64,000 nt of DNA from Rebecca billardiae RCC1528 (lineage: Eukaryota > Protista > Haptophyta). The notes beneath the pieces were generated by a model. That model was not told the origin of the DNA. It saw only the letters and a program-made list of their open reading frames with translations, and did not search any database. Shown in pieces: positions 35,784 through 47,951 of the stretch. Positions within the stretch are counted from its first letter, which is position 1; each line of letters starts with the position of its first letter. Position numbers and translations under genes: made by a program. Location: NCBI GenBank assembly GCA_965240325.2, contig OZ251253.1, forward strand, positions 434,001-498,000. Reading direction: 5' to 3'.

Positions 35784-36938
35784 ATGGTTCGGCCGCCGCC
35801 GCAGCGGAGCAAGGAGGCACTGCGCCGCCGCGCGGAGAAGCGGGGGCGCACGCTCGAGGAGGAGCGGGCGCACGACCGCGCCAAGCTGGAAGAGGTCGCG
35901 CGGCTGAACGCCGCCGCACGCAAGAAGGGCGGCGCGCGACGCGAGAGCGGCGGCGGCGGCGCCGACGCGCGCGCAGAGCTGTCGACGCTCAGCGAGCACG
36001 TGGCGGAGGGCGGCTCGCAGCTGGTGGGCCACACGGTGGTCTGCCCCGACGGCCGGCTCGCCAAGGTGCTCTCCGTCTCCCCGCCCGACAGTTCCTCCGC
36101 CACCGCCGCCCCCACCCTCGCCGTCAAGCTCCGATACGAGGGCGGCGCGCGGCCGGAAGGCGGCGGCGGCGGCGGCGGCGGCAAGCGCAAGCGCACGCTG
36201 GTGGTGGAGCTGCCCGGACAGCCGGACGCGGGCAGCGCCAGCACCGTCGGCGGCGGGTACAGGCTCGCCGAGGGCTCGGCTCCCGACTGGACCTGCCCCG
36301 CGTGCGGCTTCGTCAACTTCTCGAACCGCGTCGCATGCAACGGCTGCCATGCGGCCAAGCGCCCCAGGGCGGCCGACGGCGGCGGCGGCGGCGGCGGCGG
36401 TGCGCACGGTGGCGGCGCCGGGGCGGCTCGCGCCGCGGGGCGCGCGGACGCGGAGGATGCGCGCACCGAGCGCCGCGCCAAGCGGCCGAAGCCAGCCGCC
36501 GACCCCTCGCGCGCCTGGGAGGGCTCCGAGGTCGACCCGAAAACGCTGGCGGCGAATTTTGCGCTGCGCGCGCAGTACGCGGCTGACCCGGCCGCACTGA
36601 GCGCAGAGGACCGCGCGCGCGCGGAGGTGCTGCTCGCGCGGGACGAGCGCAAGAAGGCGAAGAAGGCGGCGCGCCGTGATGGCGGGGGCGGCGGCGCTTC
36701 GCTCAAGTGGCGCGTGCGCGCGCCACCGCCCGACCCAGGCCCCGGCCACGGCGGGCGCGGCGGCAGGGGCAGGGGCAGGGGCGCGGCGCGCGGCGCGGCG
36801 GCTGGCGGCGGCAGGGGCCGCGGCGGGCGCGGAGGGCGCGGGCGTGGTGGCGCGGGCGGTGGGCGTGGCGGCGCTGGCGGCGGGCGCGGCGCCCGGCGTG
36901 GCGGGCAGGCCGGCCCAGGGCGATCGAGCTCGGGCTAG
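35784..36938 (+). CDS. RanBP2-type zinc-finger protein with C-terminal RGG tract (putative RNA-binding)
   Basis: DWTCPACGFVNFSNRVACNGC fits W-x-C-x2-C-x3-N-x6-C-x2-C; RGG/GRG repeats at the C-terminus; basic NLS-like stretches. Confidence 0.8.
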   Translation: MVRPPPQRSKEALRRRAEKRGRTLEEERAHDRAKLEEVARLNAAARKKGGARRESGGGGADARAELSTLSEHVAEGGSQLVGHTVVCPDGRLAKVLSVSPPDSSSATAAPTLAVKLRYEGGARPEGGGGGGGGKRKRTLVVELPGQPDAGSASTVGGGYRLAEGSAPDWTCPACGFVNFSNRVACNGCHAAKRPRAADGGGGGGGGAHGGGAGAARAAGRADAEDARTERRAKRPKPAADPSRAWEGSEVDPKTLAANFALRAQYAADPAALSAEDRARAEVLLARDERKKAKKAARRDGGGGGASLKWRVRAPPPDPGPGHGGRGGRGRGRGAARGAAAGGGRGRGGRGGRGRGGAGGGRGGAGGGRGARRGGQAGPGRSSSG

Positions 36939-38129
36939 CCGCGCGCGGATACGCGCCGCCGATTGGCGATTCGGCGCGCGCCGCGCCCCGGAATCTCAGA
37001 TAGATGATGGCATGAGCTGAAGGCATCAGGCGGCATCGTACGTCGTATAGCAGTCATCATATCATCATCATCATCATTTGTTGATCGGCGGACGCGACAC
37101 AGTGCAAGAAAACGACCCAACTTGCCCCATTTAGCTGTCCGCACCACTAGTCGAGTCATCGAAAAATTCTGAAGCGGCGCGCCTAAATTCGGCGCACCAT
37201 AGGCGCGTCGAATCGTGGCACAGAGCTTGGTAGCAGGCCACGCCTGAGCGCGCTGCGCGCGCCGACGCGCGCTCGGCGCGGGCAAAAAAGCATGTGCCGT
37301 TGGCACTACGCAGCCCCGCGCAGCGCTGTGGTCGAGCTCGGCGGCGGCGAAAGCGGGCGGGCGCGCACGGCGGTGCCCGTGCGCGCTGCTCCGAGTGCAG
37401 CTGCGGCCACCCCGGCGGCATGCCACCGGTCGAGGTCACGAACCCCGATTTTTTCGGAAAATGCAGAGCAACGGCGCCCGAGCCGCGAGCGCGCCCCGAG
37501 CTCGCGGCAGCACAGTCTCCTGGCGGCTGCGCCTCGTGAAGCCACGCCACGCGGGGCGCTGGCGTGCGCGTGGCCTGCGCCCACCGTGCGCTGCCCGATC
37601 ATGGCCGTCGACCGCTCCGAGCGCCTCACCACGCGTGCTCGGGCCCGCCGGCACTGACGCCCGAGCACGGTGCCGGCAGCGCACGCAGGCGGGCGTCGGA
37701 GAAAACACGCCGGCCGAACGAGCTTGCAGCGTCCGCCGTGACGCCAACGGCTGCGGACGACGTGCGCGCCACCTCGGCGCCGGTCGCCCAGCCCTTGCGC
37801 GGCGGCGCGGGCTCGCTCGTTCGCCGCCATCAGCTGCGCGCGCGCAGCCCGATCACTGCCCGCTGGCTGTGTTGTCGAGCAGCAGCGGCATGCCACACGC
37901 ACTGCCGGACATTGAGCCACAGCGCGAGCACGCGCCTCGTCTGGCACGCGCGAGCACTCAGCACCGTGCGTGGCCACCATGACGCGCCCATCTGTGCCAG
38001 CAGCGATGAGCACGCCGCCGTTCAGCTCGCATCGGGCTCGCTCGCGACGCAGCAACGCGCGGCCGCAGCGGCAGCAGCGGCGCCGTCGAGCACGCGCGGC
38101 AAACAAATCTGCAGCGCGGGCAAGTCGAC

Positions 38130-38880
38130 GGTCTGGCAGATGCGCGATCACGCCACAGCAGGCTGGAAGAGCCCGCCCGAGCTGCAGCATGCCGTAGGTG
38201 CTGCCCCAAGCTCTCGACTGCCCGTAAGCGGCGGCATGTGCGGCGGCGCCGGCGGCGGCCATGCTGCCCCGCGGTTGCGCGCAGCGGGGCGCCGCCGGCA
38301 CCTCCGCGGTGAAGCGCACAGCGCTCGAGCCCACGGGGGCTGGCGACCGTCAAACCGACACCCCATGACGCGGGGCTGCGTGCGCCAGCTGCGCGCACTC
38401 CGTGGGCCCACCTAGCCCGCTCGAGCAGCTCGCCTTGGGTGCGCGCAGCGGCTCGAGCACACTGGTATGCGACGCCTGCCGTGCCGCTGCCGCCGAGCAT
38501 GTGCGGCCGACGGTCACGCAGCACGGGCGACTCGACGGCGGCGAGCAGGCGCGACGGCCTCGCCGCGCCGCGCTAGAGCCTGCCCGAGCTGCAGCACGCC
38601 GTAGGAGCAGCCCAGCGCCCTCCTCCGCCCTCCAGCTTCGGCGCGCGCAGCAGGCCCGCCGGCGGCCATGCTCAGATGCTGGCGTGCCCAACAAGCATGA
38701 AGATGGGCGCGGCCGGCCGCGCCGTCGCAAAGCGCGCAGAACTCGAGCTCGGGGTGGCGGACGGCCGCCAAACTGGCGCCGCAGGACGTGGCACTGCGTG
38801 CGTCAGCTGCGCGCACCCGCTGCGCCCGCGTAGCCCGTGCGAGCGCCGCGCCTCGGGCACACGCAGCGGCTCGACAAAGC
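38130..38880. repeat. Diverged tandem duplication, period ~410-420 bp
   Basis: GCCCGAGCTGCAGCAYGCCGTAGG at ~38175 and ~38582; CTGCGTGCGYCAGCTGCGCGCAC...GCAGCGGCTCGA at ~38376 and ~38794. Confidence 0.7.
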
Positions 38881-40154
38881 CACGGCAGTAGTGCTGTGCG
38901 CCCTGTCCGTGATCAGTCTCAGCTCTGAGGCACGCGCTCAGGAGGGCTGCGGCCGGGCCGAGCGCGATCTGCGCGGACGGTACAGCCTGGCGGCTCATGC
39001 CAGCCAGCCCAAAGCCCGCTCCGCCATCCGCGTCATGGCGCTCCAGCCTCTCGCGTGCTGCGCTGCAGCCGCGCTCGGCTGAAGACGTCGCCGAGTCCGC
39101 CGGGCACGCCGGCTGAGCAGTGGCAGCCAGGCGAAGCGTCGTCGCGGGCGAGGCTGCGCTGGGTGATGCGGCTCGGGTCGGTGGGCAAGTCGCACCCCGC
39201 CGTCGGTCGCCTCCACGCCCCCGGCTCGCTCGAGGTCAAAGTCAACTGCGCGACGCGGAGCGTTCGCGGGCGCGCCGCGGGCGTGGCGCGGTGTACGCGT
39301 GGATACAAGCAGCCTCCCACGGATACTCAGAAGGGTGAGACGCACCGCCAGCGGCACCAGCACACAGTTGCACCCCACAAGACACACCTGCCGTGTCGAC
39401 TGAAGCATCAGGCTCGGGCGCAACCGCGCGCGGCGCATGCGGGCCGCGGCGCGCTCGCACCGCGCGCGCCGTGAGGGCGAAAGGAGAGCACCCGTCAGGG
39501 CGGCGAGGAACTTGCCCAGCGCCACGCGGAAGACGACCCCAGCCCGCGTCGACGCATAGTCGGGTCCGCGAGCAGCCTCGTCGGTCTTCGCGGAGTAGGT
39601 CGCGCCGCGAGCGAGGCAGCCCGCTCGTTTGTCCTCCGTCGCCGCAAAGTCGCCCGCTCCGCGGCGAGCTTCCACTGTCCGGCCGAGACGGGATTCGCTG
39701 ACGGAGTAGCGGACCGTCCGAATGGTCACGGAAAATTCCAATCCGGCACTGTGGATGATATCCCGGACGGCGCGCGCGCCGTGCTACTACGTCTACGCGA
39801 TGATCCCGCCGGACTACACTATACAGCGTCCGTGCGGCCGTTTACTGGCGCGCGCTCGTCGGCCCACTTAATGGGGCCACTGCCCACTCCGTCTCCGCCG
39901 CGCTCCGGTGAGTCCGGACGTCTCCGGACTCTCCGGTCAGCCCGGTCCGTCACTCACCGCCGTCTCACTATGACTAAGTCGTCTTAGGCGCCTGAGACGC
40001 CTGACTACTACGTCTACTGTGTACGACGTCGTCGTAGTAACGGTCAACATCGTCGATATCGATGTTCATCGTCAGCGCAGGCAGTGCGTGCAGCATCACT
40101 AGACACATGCGGCGGTGGCAGAACGCCTCGACTACGAGTACGTGCCGCGCCGAG

Positions 40155-41649
40155 TCAGCAGATGGCCAGGAGGCTGAGCGCCATCGGCGGCGGCGCGCGG
40201 CGCCGAGCTGGCGTGCTGCGCGGCTTGGCCGCCGAGCCGGCGCTGCGCACCGCGCCCGCCACGCCCGCGGCCGCACGCGCGTCCACACTCAGCGTCGGGA
40301 CGGGCTGCTGCAGCGCCGCCGCCGCCGCCGCGCCGCCCTTGTCCGCGGCTGCGCCGCGGCCCGCGTCGCGCGCGGCCGGCGCGGCGCGCGGCGCCGGCTC
40401 GTCGTGTCTCACGCTTGGCAGGATGGCCTCGCCAAAGAGGTCGTAGAGCTGCGCGTAGTTGGCGCCGAGCTGGGGGAGGAGCTGCGCGAGGGCGCGCGCG
40501 GCGGCGGTGGCGCCCACGCCCGCGTCCGCACCGGCGTCCGCGCGCTCGGCGGCGGGCGCGCCGGGCCCGCTCCCGTTGGCGACCCGCTTGTCCGCGTCAG
40601 CGTCGGCGTCAGGCATCGCAACGTCGCCGCCATCCGCGCCGCTCGGCGTGGCGGCGGCGGCGGCGGGCGCGGTGGCTAGCGCGGCCGTGGCCGCACGCGC
40701 CGCCTTTTCGCGCACGCGCGAGCCGCCAACCGTCACCACGCCCGCGGCGAGCGCGAACAGGTGCCGGTGGCGCGAGACATAGTCACAGCACACGCGCAGG
40801 GCGGCGGCGTAGCAGCGGTGTGCTTCGAGCCGGCGCGCGGCGCTGCCGCTCGCGCTGAGCTCGCGCTGGAGCAGCTGCACGTACGGGGCGCACGCCGCGT
40901 CGGCGGCGGCCCCGGCGGCGGCCGCCGCGCCCGCCTTCGTCGCGGCGGCCGACGCCGCTCCCGCCTCGCCCGACCCCCCGCCGGCGAGCGCGGGTGCGTC
41001 GGCCGGCGCGGCCGCGGCGCGGCCGGCGGCGGCGAGCGCGGCGGGCGCGGCGGGCGTGGCGGGCGCGGCGGGCGCGGCGGGCGCGGCGGGGGCGGCGGGC
41101 GCGAGCAGCTCCGGGAGGAGCAGCGAGTGCACGACGTGGGGGCTGAGCGCGTGCAGCCCGACGATCGCGCCGTAGTGCGTGGTGAGCGGCTTCCCCCGGT
41201 CGCGCAGCGCCGCGAGCAGCGTGCGCGACACGCGCGGCTGCAACGTCAGATAATCCTGACCGAACCGGCGGCAGGCGCTGGCGACGACGCGCGCCGCCAA
41301 GTCGCGGACGGCCCAGTGGTCGTCGAGCAGCGGGCGCGCGCAGAGGCGACGGTGGACGAGGCAGGTGAGCAGCGCGGGCATCAGCTGGTGCACGTAGTGC
41401 TCCACCGCGCGCTCCGGGCTCGCGAGCAGCGCCGCCGCCAGCCGCAGCAGCAGTTGCAAATAGGAAGTGTTACTTAGACTCGCCTGGATCGAGGACACTA
41501 GAAAGCGGGTAAGGAACGGGCAGAGCGAGGCGGTGGTGGGCTCGCGCGCGACGGAGGCGAGGGCGGCGTCGAAGACGGCGCGGCGCGAGGGCGCGTCCGG
41601 GTAGAACGGGGAGGCGCGCGCCTGCTCCGCGTCCGTGCCGCCCCACGCG

Positions 41650-41680
<31 letters not shown>

Positions 41681-42749
41681 TCGGCGGCGCGCCGCCGTCC
41701 GCGCCGCCACCACCGCTCGCGTTGCCGCCCTCCGCCGGCGGCGGCGAGCGCATCGCCTGCACCGCCTCGACGATCCGGACGAGCAGCGTCTGCTCCTCCA
41801 GCGTGAGCACGTGCTCGGCGGGCGGGATCAGATCCACGGCGCCGCCGCCGCTGCCGCCGCCCGCCGCCGCGCCGCCCGCCGTTTCCGGCTGCTGCTGCTG
41901 CTGCTGGGAGGAGTCGAGCCGGGCGCGCTTGGGCTGCGGCGCGAGGATCGCGAGCGGGTCCGCCTCCACCGTGGGCACCAGCCGCGGCGGCGGGTTGTCC
42001 GGGCACACCGGCTGCTGCCCCCGCACCGCCAGCCAGTGCGCCTTCAGCGCCGGCGCCGACGGCAGCCGCGGAAATGCCGAGCCCATCACGTCGTCGAGCT
42101 CGACCGCGCGGTCGGCGAGGTGGAAGATGTCGGGCGCGCCGGCGAGGCGCGCGAAGCGGGGCATCTCGGTGGGCTGCATACCCACGCCGCCGAAGCCGTA
42201 CAGCGGCTGTGCCGCGGCGCGGGCGGCGCCGGGCCGCGCGGAAGGGGCGGGCGCGCCGCGCCGCGCGCGTGCGTCGCGGTGTGAGCGATCGGCTGAAAGA
42301 GCGGACGCAGGGGGCGGCGGCGGAGGCGACGCGCGCGGGGCGGCGGCGCGCACCTCGACGTTGCGGAGGCGGAGCGCGTAGTTGATGTCCGCCGTCGTCA
42401 GCGTCTCCCGCTTCGACGCGAGCATGAACTTGCATGCCTCCTGCGAGCGCGCGCGCGCAACGACGGCCGCGTGGTGAGTTGAGGCGCGTTGCGGTGAGCA
42501 AGGGTGGGCGCCACGCGGCGCATGGCGAGGCGCGGCGGGCTGAGCGGGGAGGGCACGCGGGCGGACGGTCGCACCCTCACGCCCACGCCCCCGCTGCGCG
42601 CGCACCTGTATGATGTCGCGCAGCCGGTACTCCACCTCGGGCGCGAGTGCCTCCGCCACGTCTGAGCTGATTGGGCCGAGCGACTCTGCGACCGCGAGGA
42701 TGCTCTCTTTGCCGAGGATGGACGCCGAGCCGCGGGGCGGGCGCTCCAT
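40155..42749 (-). CDS. TAF6: TFIID subunit TAF6; introns 42441-42605 and 42207-42353
   Basis: Histone fold (LAPEVEYRLRDIIQ|EACKFM...LTTADINYALRLRNVE|PLYGF), HWLAVRGQQP, HVLTLEEQ, HEAT region YVHQLMPALLTCLV, DHWAVRDLAA, LQPRV, THYGAIVGL. Confidence 0.95.
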
Positions 42750-43163
42750 GGAGGCCGGGGAGTGGGGGCACGACGGGGTGGAGCCGGGCGTGGGCCCGCG
42801 TGAACGGTGCGCTGGGGCTGCGGCCCCGCGGTGTCGGCCTGGCTCTCGCTCGCCCGCGCAGCAGGAGGCGAGGGCGAGGCCGCGGCGCCGTGCCACGGCC
42901 CACGCCGAAAATCCCGCCCCATCGCGAAGCATTTACTCGAAAAATCGATGGCGATTTTCGTCAGCTTCGATTTCCTGCCCCCCCTCCGCGACAGGGACGC
43001 GGTCACCGCCGCCGATGCCGTGCACCGGCGGATCGAACGTGCAGCTGGAGCATACCGGGGCACCACCTGGCCGCCGTAGCGCGACTGCCAGCGTGGTCGC
43101 GGAGCGCACGATACGAGGACACGCCTACAGCGACCACGTGGACGTGCGCCACACGCCGGTCAG

Positions 43164-44132
43164 TCAGCTGCCAACTGGCATCTGCGGGATGGCGGCGATT
43201 GCCTTCAGCCTGCACTGCACGCCTGCGCCGGAGCGGCGCTCGATGGCGAGGAAGATCTCCTTCACCGACGCGGCCGTCTCGTCCTTCACCCGCACGTCCT
43301 CACCGTTGTGCAGGCGCTCGAGCCGCTGCACCGCCAGGCTGGACGAGTGGAATCCGGACGGCGCGAGCACCCGGACTTTTATGCCGCCGCTGCCGCCCGG
43401 CATGTACGGTCCGGACCAGAGGCCGGCGCCCTCCGCGCCGCCGGGCTCGGTGAGGTAGCGCACGACGTAGTGCGCCGCGCCGCTCTTGTACCGCCCGCCC
43501 GACTTCGACAGCGCGCCGAGCACGCGCGTGGAGAGGTTGAGCGGGAAGATGAACAACAGGTCGCTCACGGTGCGCCACGTGTTCCAGCCGGACGACCAGT
43601 CTCTGTACGGCGTGTTGAAGGCGGCCCAGTCGATGGGCAGCTGCGTGAGCGGCACGAAATACGCCACGTCGAAGCGCACGAGCATCACCGCCGTGCGCGC
43701 GTCGTCGGCGCGCGTGTGCCGCATCACGAGCGCGAGCGCGCGCATGTACGAATCGACGATCTTCGGCAGCGCCGAGGCCGAGAACTCGTGCGCGGCGGGG
43801 CGCAGGATGCGGACGAGCTCGGCGTCCGCACCGGGGCACTCGCGGTGCGTGTACGTGTGGAAGAACGTGCGCAGCTCCATCCCCGCAGCGCGCAGCGGCT
43901 CGAACAGCATCCGCCGCTGGCTCTCCGCGACTCGGAAGAAATCCGAATGCCCCGCGTGGCGGAAGGTGTCGTTGCGCACGTAGTGGCCGTGATACGCGAG
44001 GGCAACGATCTGCGGGAGGGGCGGGTCTGGCCGCGCGCGCACGCTGCCCGGGGACGACGCCGTCGCCAGGGCCATCACGCACGAGAGCGCCCGTCTTCGC
44101 GGCCAGGTGTGGCGGGCGGCCGCGGCCGCCAT
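43164..44132 (-). CDS. Hypothetical protein, possible GT-A-like glycosyltransferase
   Basis: Intronless ORF with coding-like codon use. The pattern VALAYHG...TFFHTY...VMLVRFD...SDLLFIFP recalls uncharacterised algal/viral GT-like proteins; family call is tentative. Confidence 0.6.
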   Translation of the reverse strand: MAAAAARHTWPRRRALSCVMALATASSPGSVRARPDPPLPQIVALAYHGHYVRNDTFRHAGHSDFFRVAESQRRMLFEPLRAAGMELRTFFHTYTHRECPGADAELVRILRPAAHEFSASALPKIVDSYMRALALVMRHTRADDARTAVMLVRFDVAYFVPLTQLPIDWAAFNTPYRDWSSGWNTWRTVSDLLFIFPLNLSTRVLGALSKSGGRYKSGAAHYVVRYLTEPGGAEGAGLWSGPYMPGGSGGIKVRVLAPSGFHSSSLAVQRLERLHNGEDVRVKDETAASVKEIFLAIERRSGAGVQCRLKAIAAIPQMPVGS

Positions 44133-44652
44133 CGCCGCGTGTTGGCCTAGCAACTCACCGCAAGCAGTTTGCTGTTTGCGCCGGTCCTTGGCATTGCTCA
44201 GGATCGATTTGCCTGCCGTCAGTTGATGGGATAATCCGATAATGATGCTGCTGGCTCAGCTGGCAGCTGGGTCGCTTCAGATCGAGCTTGTGGCGCAGCG
44301 CACTCGACGCATCGGGCCACACGCGCATGCCGCGCGCTCGTGGTAGCACACGACGCATCGGGCCACAAGCTGATGCGACTCGATCATGCTTCAAGTCTCA
44401 AATGGAGTTCATCAGAGTCATGGGTGCTGCCACTGGCCCGGCACCGTGCCCGTGGCAGCTCGGCCCGACGGCCCGAAGGCGGCACTGGCCGCACTGGTCG
44501 CGACATCCACGGAGAGCGTCGGCATCGGACCCGCGGCGGTAAGCGCATTACGGATGAATGATGCACAGTGGCCCCGCGAAGTCCGACGGGAGTCCCGGCG
44601 GACTCCGCGGGCTGCGCGACATCAGTCCGGGGGCGGACGTCAGCCGCCTCGC

Positions 44653-45585
44653 TCACGTGTACGTCACGCTCGCGTGCGAGCGGAGGAGCGGGAGCACCTT
44701 GTCGAAGGTGCAGCCCTCCGCGCGCGCCACCTCCTCGAGGATCATCTGCCACTTGTAGTCCTCGAGCGACTTCTCGCCGAACTTGGCCCAGCTGACCGCG
44801 TCCGCCTGCTTCTGCACGTCGGCGACCGAGCGCTGCGAGTAGACTGCCCGGATGGCCTTGTCCAGCCGCTTGTCCGTCTCGGCCTGCGCCTGCGCCTCCA
44901 GGCGGGCGACGATGTCGGCGCGCTGCTCCTCGGGCGACCGCGCGTCCGCCTCCTTGGCCACGCGCTGCAGGATCTTCTTGACCGTTACCTTGAAGTTGAC
45001 GGTTACGCCCGCCAGCTTGTCCGACGCGTAGTCGTCCGGAAACGACACCTGCACGGCCTTCAGCTCGTCCTGCCCCATGCCCGCGGCGATGGCGGGGACG
45101 AAGGCGGAGAAGGGGAGCTTGTGGCCCTCCTTCAGATCGAGCTCGAACATGCTCGCCTTGGTCCCGGGGATCGCCTGCCCCTTCGCGTACCCCTGCGCGC
45201 CGCCGCTCGCGTACGCGCCGTCAAAGTTGATCACGACCGTGTGCCCCATGCGCGCGCCGCCCGCGCCCTCGGCGAAGCGGGGCGAGATGAGCTCGCTCGT
45301 CTTCGCGTTCGCCGCGAGCGCCTTCTCGATCGCCGCCTCGTCCACCTTCACCCGCTCCACGCTCACCGCGATGCTGCCGTCTGCGTACGGCGCCAGCTGC
45401 ACGTCGACCTTGGACCGGCCCGGGCTGTCCATGGAGTCCGCGAGCGGCGCGGGCGTGGCGAGCATGCGCGGCGCGGCCACGGCGGCGCGCGGGGCGCACA
45501 GCCTCGACTGCGCGAGCCGGCCAGCGCCGCCCACCGCGCCCGCCGCGCTCAGCGCGGCGAGGGCCGCCAAGGCGCACGCGACCAT
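44653..45585 (-). CDS. Trigger-factor-like protein (FKBP-type domain + short C-domain), probably plastid-targeted
   Basis: GARMGHTVVINFDG...AIPGTKASMFELDL...VQVSFPDDYASDKLAGVTVNFKVTVKKI matches the trigger-factor PPIase domain; MILEEVARAEG resembles the C-domain; signal+transit-like leader. Confidence 0.82.
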   Translation of the reverse strand: MVACALAALAALSAAGAVGGAGRLAQSRLCAPRAAVAAPRMLATPAPLADSMDSPGRSKVDVQLAPYADGSIAVSVERVKVDEAAIEKALAANAKTSELISPRFAEGAGGARMGHTVVINFDGAYASGGAQGYAKGQAIPGTKASMFELDLKEGHKLPFSAFVPAIAAGMGQDELKAVQVSFPDDYASDKLAGVTVNFKVTVKKILQRVAKEADARSPEEQRADIVARLEAQAQAETDKRLDKAIRAVYSQRSVADVQKQADAVSWAKFGEKSLEDYKWQMILEEVARAEGCTFDKVLPLLRSHASVTYT

Positions 45586-46108
45586 GTCTCTCGCTGTCGC
45601 ACCGGCCGGGACGTCGGTCACTGCGATCGCGTCGCCGGCGACGTCCGCTGCGGCCATCTAAATCAGCCCAGGACCGGCCGTCCGGAACTCCGCTCCCCGA
45701 GCGCATGCATTTCGCTGCGGAATTCGGACGACACTCCAAGTGGCAAGTCCAATCATGGTAACGACTAAACGAGCGAGCACGCACTCGGCCAGCGCCAAGC
45801 TAGGCGGCTCTGCGGATCTACACTACATGGCACCCTACTCATCCCAATACGTGGCACTGGTGCCATCGGCGCGCGCCGCCGAGCAGCGCCAGGTAGCGGC
45901 TGGTAGCGCTGTGCCGGTGCGCGCGGCCGCCACGGCACTGCTGTGGTCCGGCGTGGACCGTCCGGCGCACGGTGGGGTATGATGTGCAGATGGCGTTGAT
46001 AGATGATGCGGGCAACGCGGCCACGGCGAGTGCCTGCCGCGCCTCGCCCTGGGAGGCGCCCCGTCAGCGGAGCACGTCTGCGCGCCCCCTCCTCCGCGCG
46101 CCCAGTGC

Positions 46109-47951
46109 TCAATCCTTGCTGAACGCCACCGTGCGCGTGATCAGCATCCCCATGACCAGCCCCAGTGTGAAGTAGGCGATGTGCAGCGAGAACTGCTTGA
46201 ACGTGGCGAGCAGCTCGGCGTACGTGGGCTCCGGCTTCCCCTTCTCGAAGTCCGGCGGGTCCATCTCCGCGCACGCGCTGAACGCCTCCTCCGTGAGCGT
46301 CTTGCCGATGTCGAGCACGTAGCGCAGCCCGGCGTCGTTGGAGGCGTTCAGCTTCTCGAACACGGAGTTGAGCTCCTTCACGGGCACCACCTGCCGAGGG
46401 GCGCGCCGCCGGGGGGGCGGCACGCGGAGGGACGGGCGGGCGAGCGCGCGCGTGAGCGAGCGCGTGCGCCAGCCACGTCCCAGCCGCTTGCCGGGCGCGG
46501 GCGCGAGCGCGCGGGGCGCGTGGCCGCACAGGCGCCCAGCCGCCCAGCCGCCCACGCGCCCACGCGCACACGTGCGCGGCCGCCGAGGCGCCCAGCCGCC
46601 CAGGCGCGTGGCCGCCCACGCGCACACGCGCACACGCGCACACGCGCACCTTGATCTCCGGGTAGATGCCCTGCGCCGCGCAGAGGTCGACGACCTCCTG
46701 CGTGTTCTTGATGCCGCCGATCACCGAGCCGTGCACGCCCACGCGGTTGAAGATGAGCGGCAGCTGCGGCACGCTGTGCGGCTGCGTGCACAGCCCGAGG
46801 CAGACGTGCTTCCCGGACACGTCCAGAAGCGGCAGGTAGGTCATCACGTCGTGGTTGGCGGAGACGGTATCCAGGAGGAGGTCGATCGACTTGGTCGCGG
46901 CCTTGATGGCCTCCGCGTCGTTGAGCGCGAGGTACCTGTCCGCGCCGAGCGTCTTGAGCGCGTAGTCCTTCTTCGCCGCCGAGCGCGAGACCACGGTGAC
47001 CTCGCAGCCGAGGGCCTTGGCCAGCTTGACGCCCATCATGCCCAGCCCGCCCAGCCCGGCGACGGCCACGCGCGTGCCCGGCTTGGCGCCAAAGTGCTTC
47101 AACGGGTCATACCTGCAGGCCGCGCGCACGCGCCGCGGGTGGCGGCCGGACGCGTTGGGCCGCGGGCCCGGGCGGCGGTGCGCCGCGCCGCTCTCTGCGC
47201 GCTGCCCGGCCGCCTCGCCCCGGCCCCCCGCCCGGGCGGTGTGCGCGAGCGAGCGCCGCGCGCGCGCGGTGTGCGGGCGCGGGCTTGGCGCACGCCCGAG
47301 GGCGGCGCGGCGCGCGGCGCGCACATGGTGATCGCCGCGCACATCAGCGGGCCCGCCATCTCGAGCGGGTACGCCTTCGGGATCTTGATCGCGAAGCGCT
47401 CGTGAATGACCATCTGGGTGGAGTAGCCTCCGAACGTGCCGAGCTTCTCGAGGCCCGGGCCGTGCGCGGCGCGGCCGTGGGTGTTCGCGCCGCCGTAGGT
47501 GACGGTGAGGCCCTTCTCGCAGTACTGCTCCTCCCCCGCCTTGCACTGCTTGCACTCGAGGCACGCGTCGACGAAGCAGCCGACGCCCACCTGGTCCCCG
47601 ACCGCAAATTTCGTCACCTTCTTGCCCACGGCGACGCACACGCCGGCGAGCTCGTGGCCCGGGACGATGGGGTACTTGCTCGTGCCCAGGTCGTTGCGCG
47701 CAAAGTGCACGTCCGAGTGGCACACGCCGCAGTACTTCATCTCTGCGCCGACGGGGCGGCGCGACGCGCGGCGGCGGCGGCGGCGGCGTGAGCGGCGCGC
47801 CAAAGCGCGCGCGTGCGCTCGGCATGCGCGCGCGCAGCGCACCGATGTGCACGTCGTGCTCGCCGAGGTCGCGGCGCTTGAAGTGGATTGGCCGGAAGTT
47901 GCACTTGCAGTCCGCGCACGCCATTGCGATGGCATCGATCCCGCCCGACAT
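46109..47951 (-). CDS. Zn-dependent NAD(P) alcohol dehydrogenase, cinnamyl-alcohol-dehydrogenase (CAD/YahK) type; introns 47743-47842, 47113-47324, 46391-46649
   Basis: YCGVCHSD, PIVPGHE, VGDQVGVG, structural Zn CLECKQC...EQYC, GPLMCAAITM|YDPL, GLGGLG, GSVIGGIKNTQE, RYVLDI. Confidence 0.94.
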
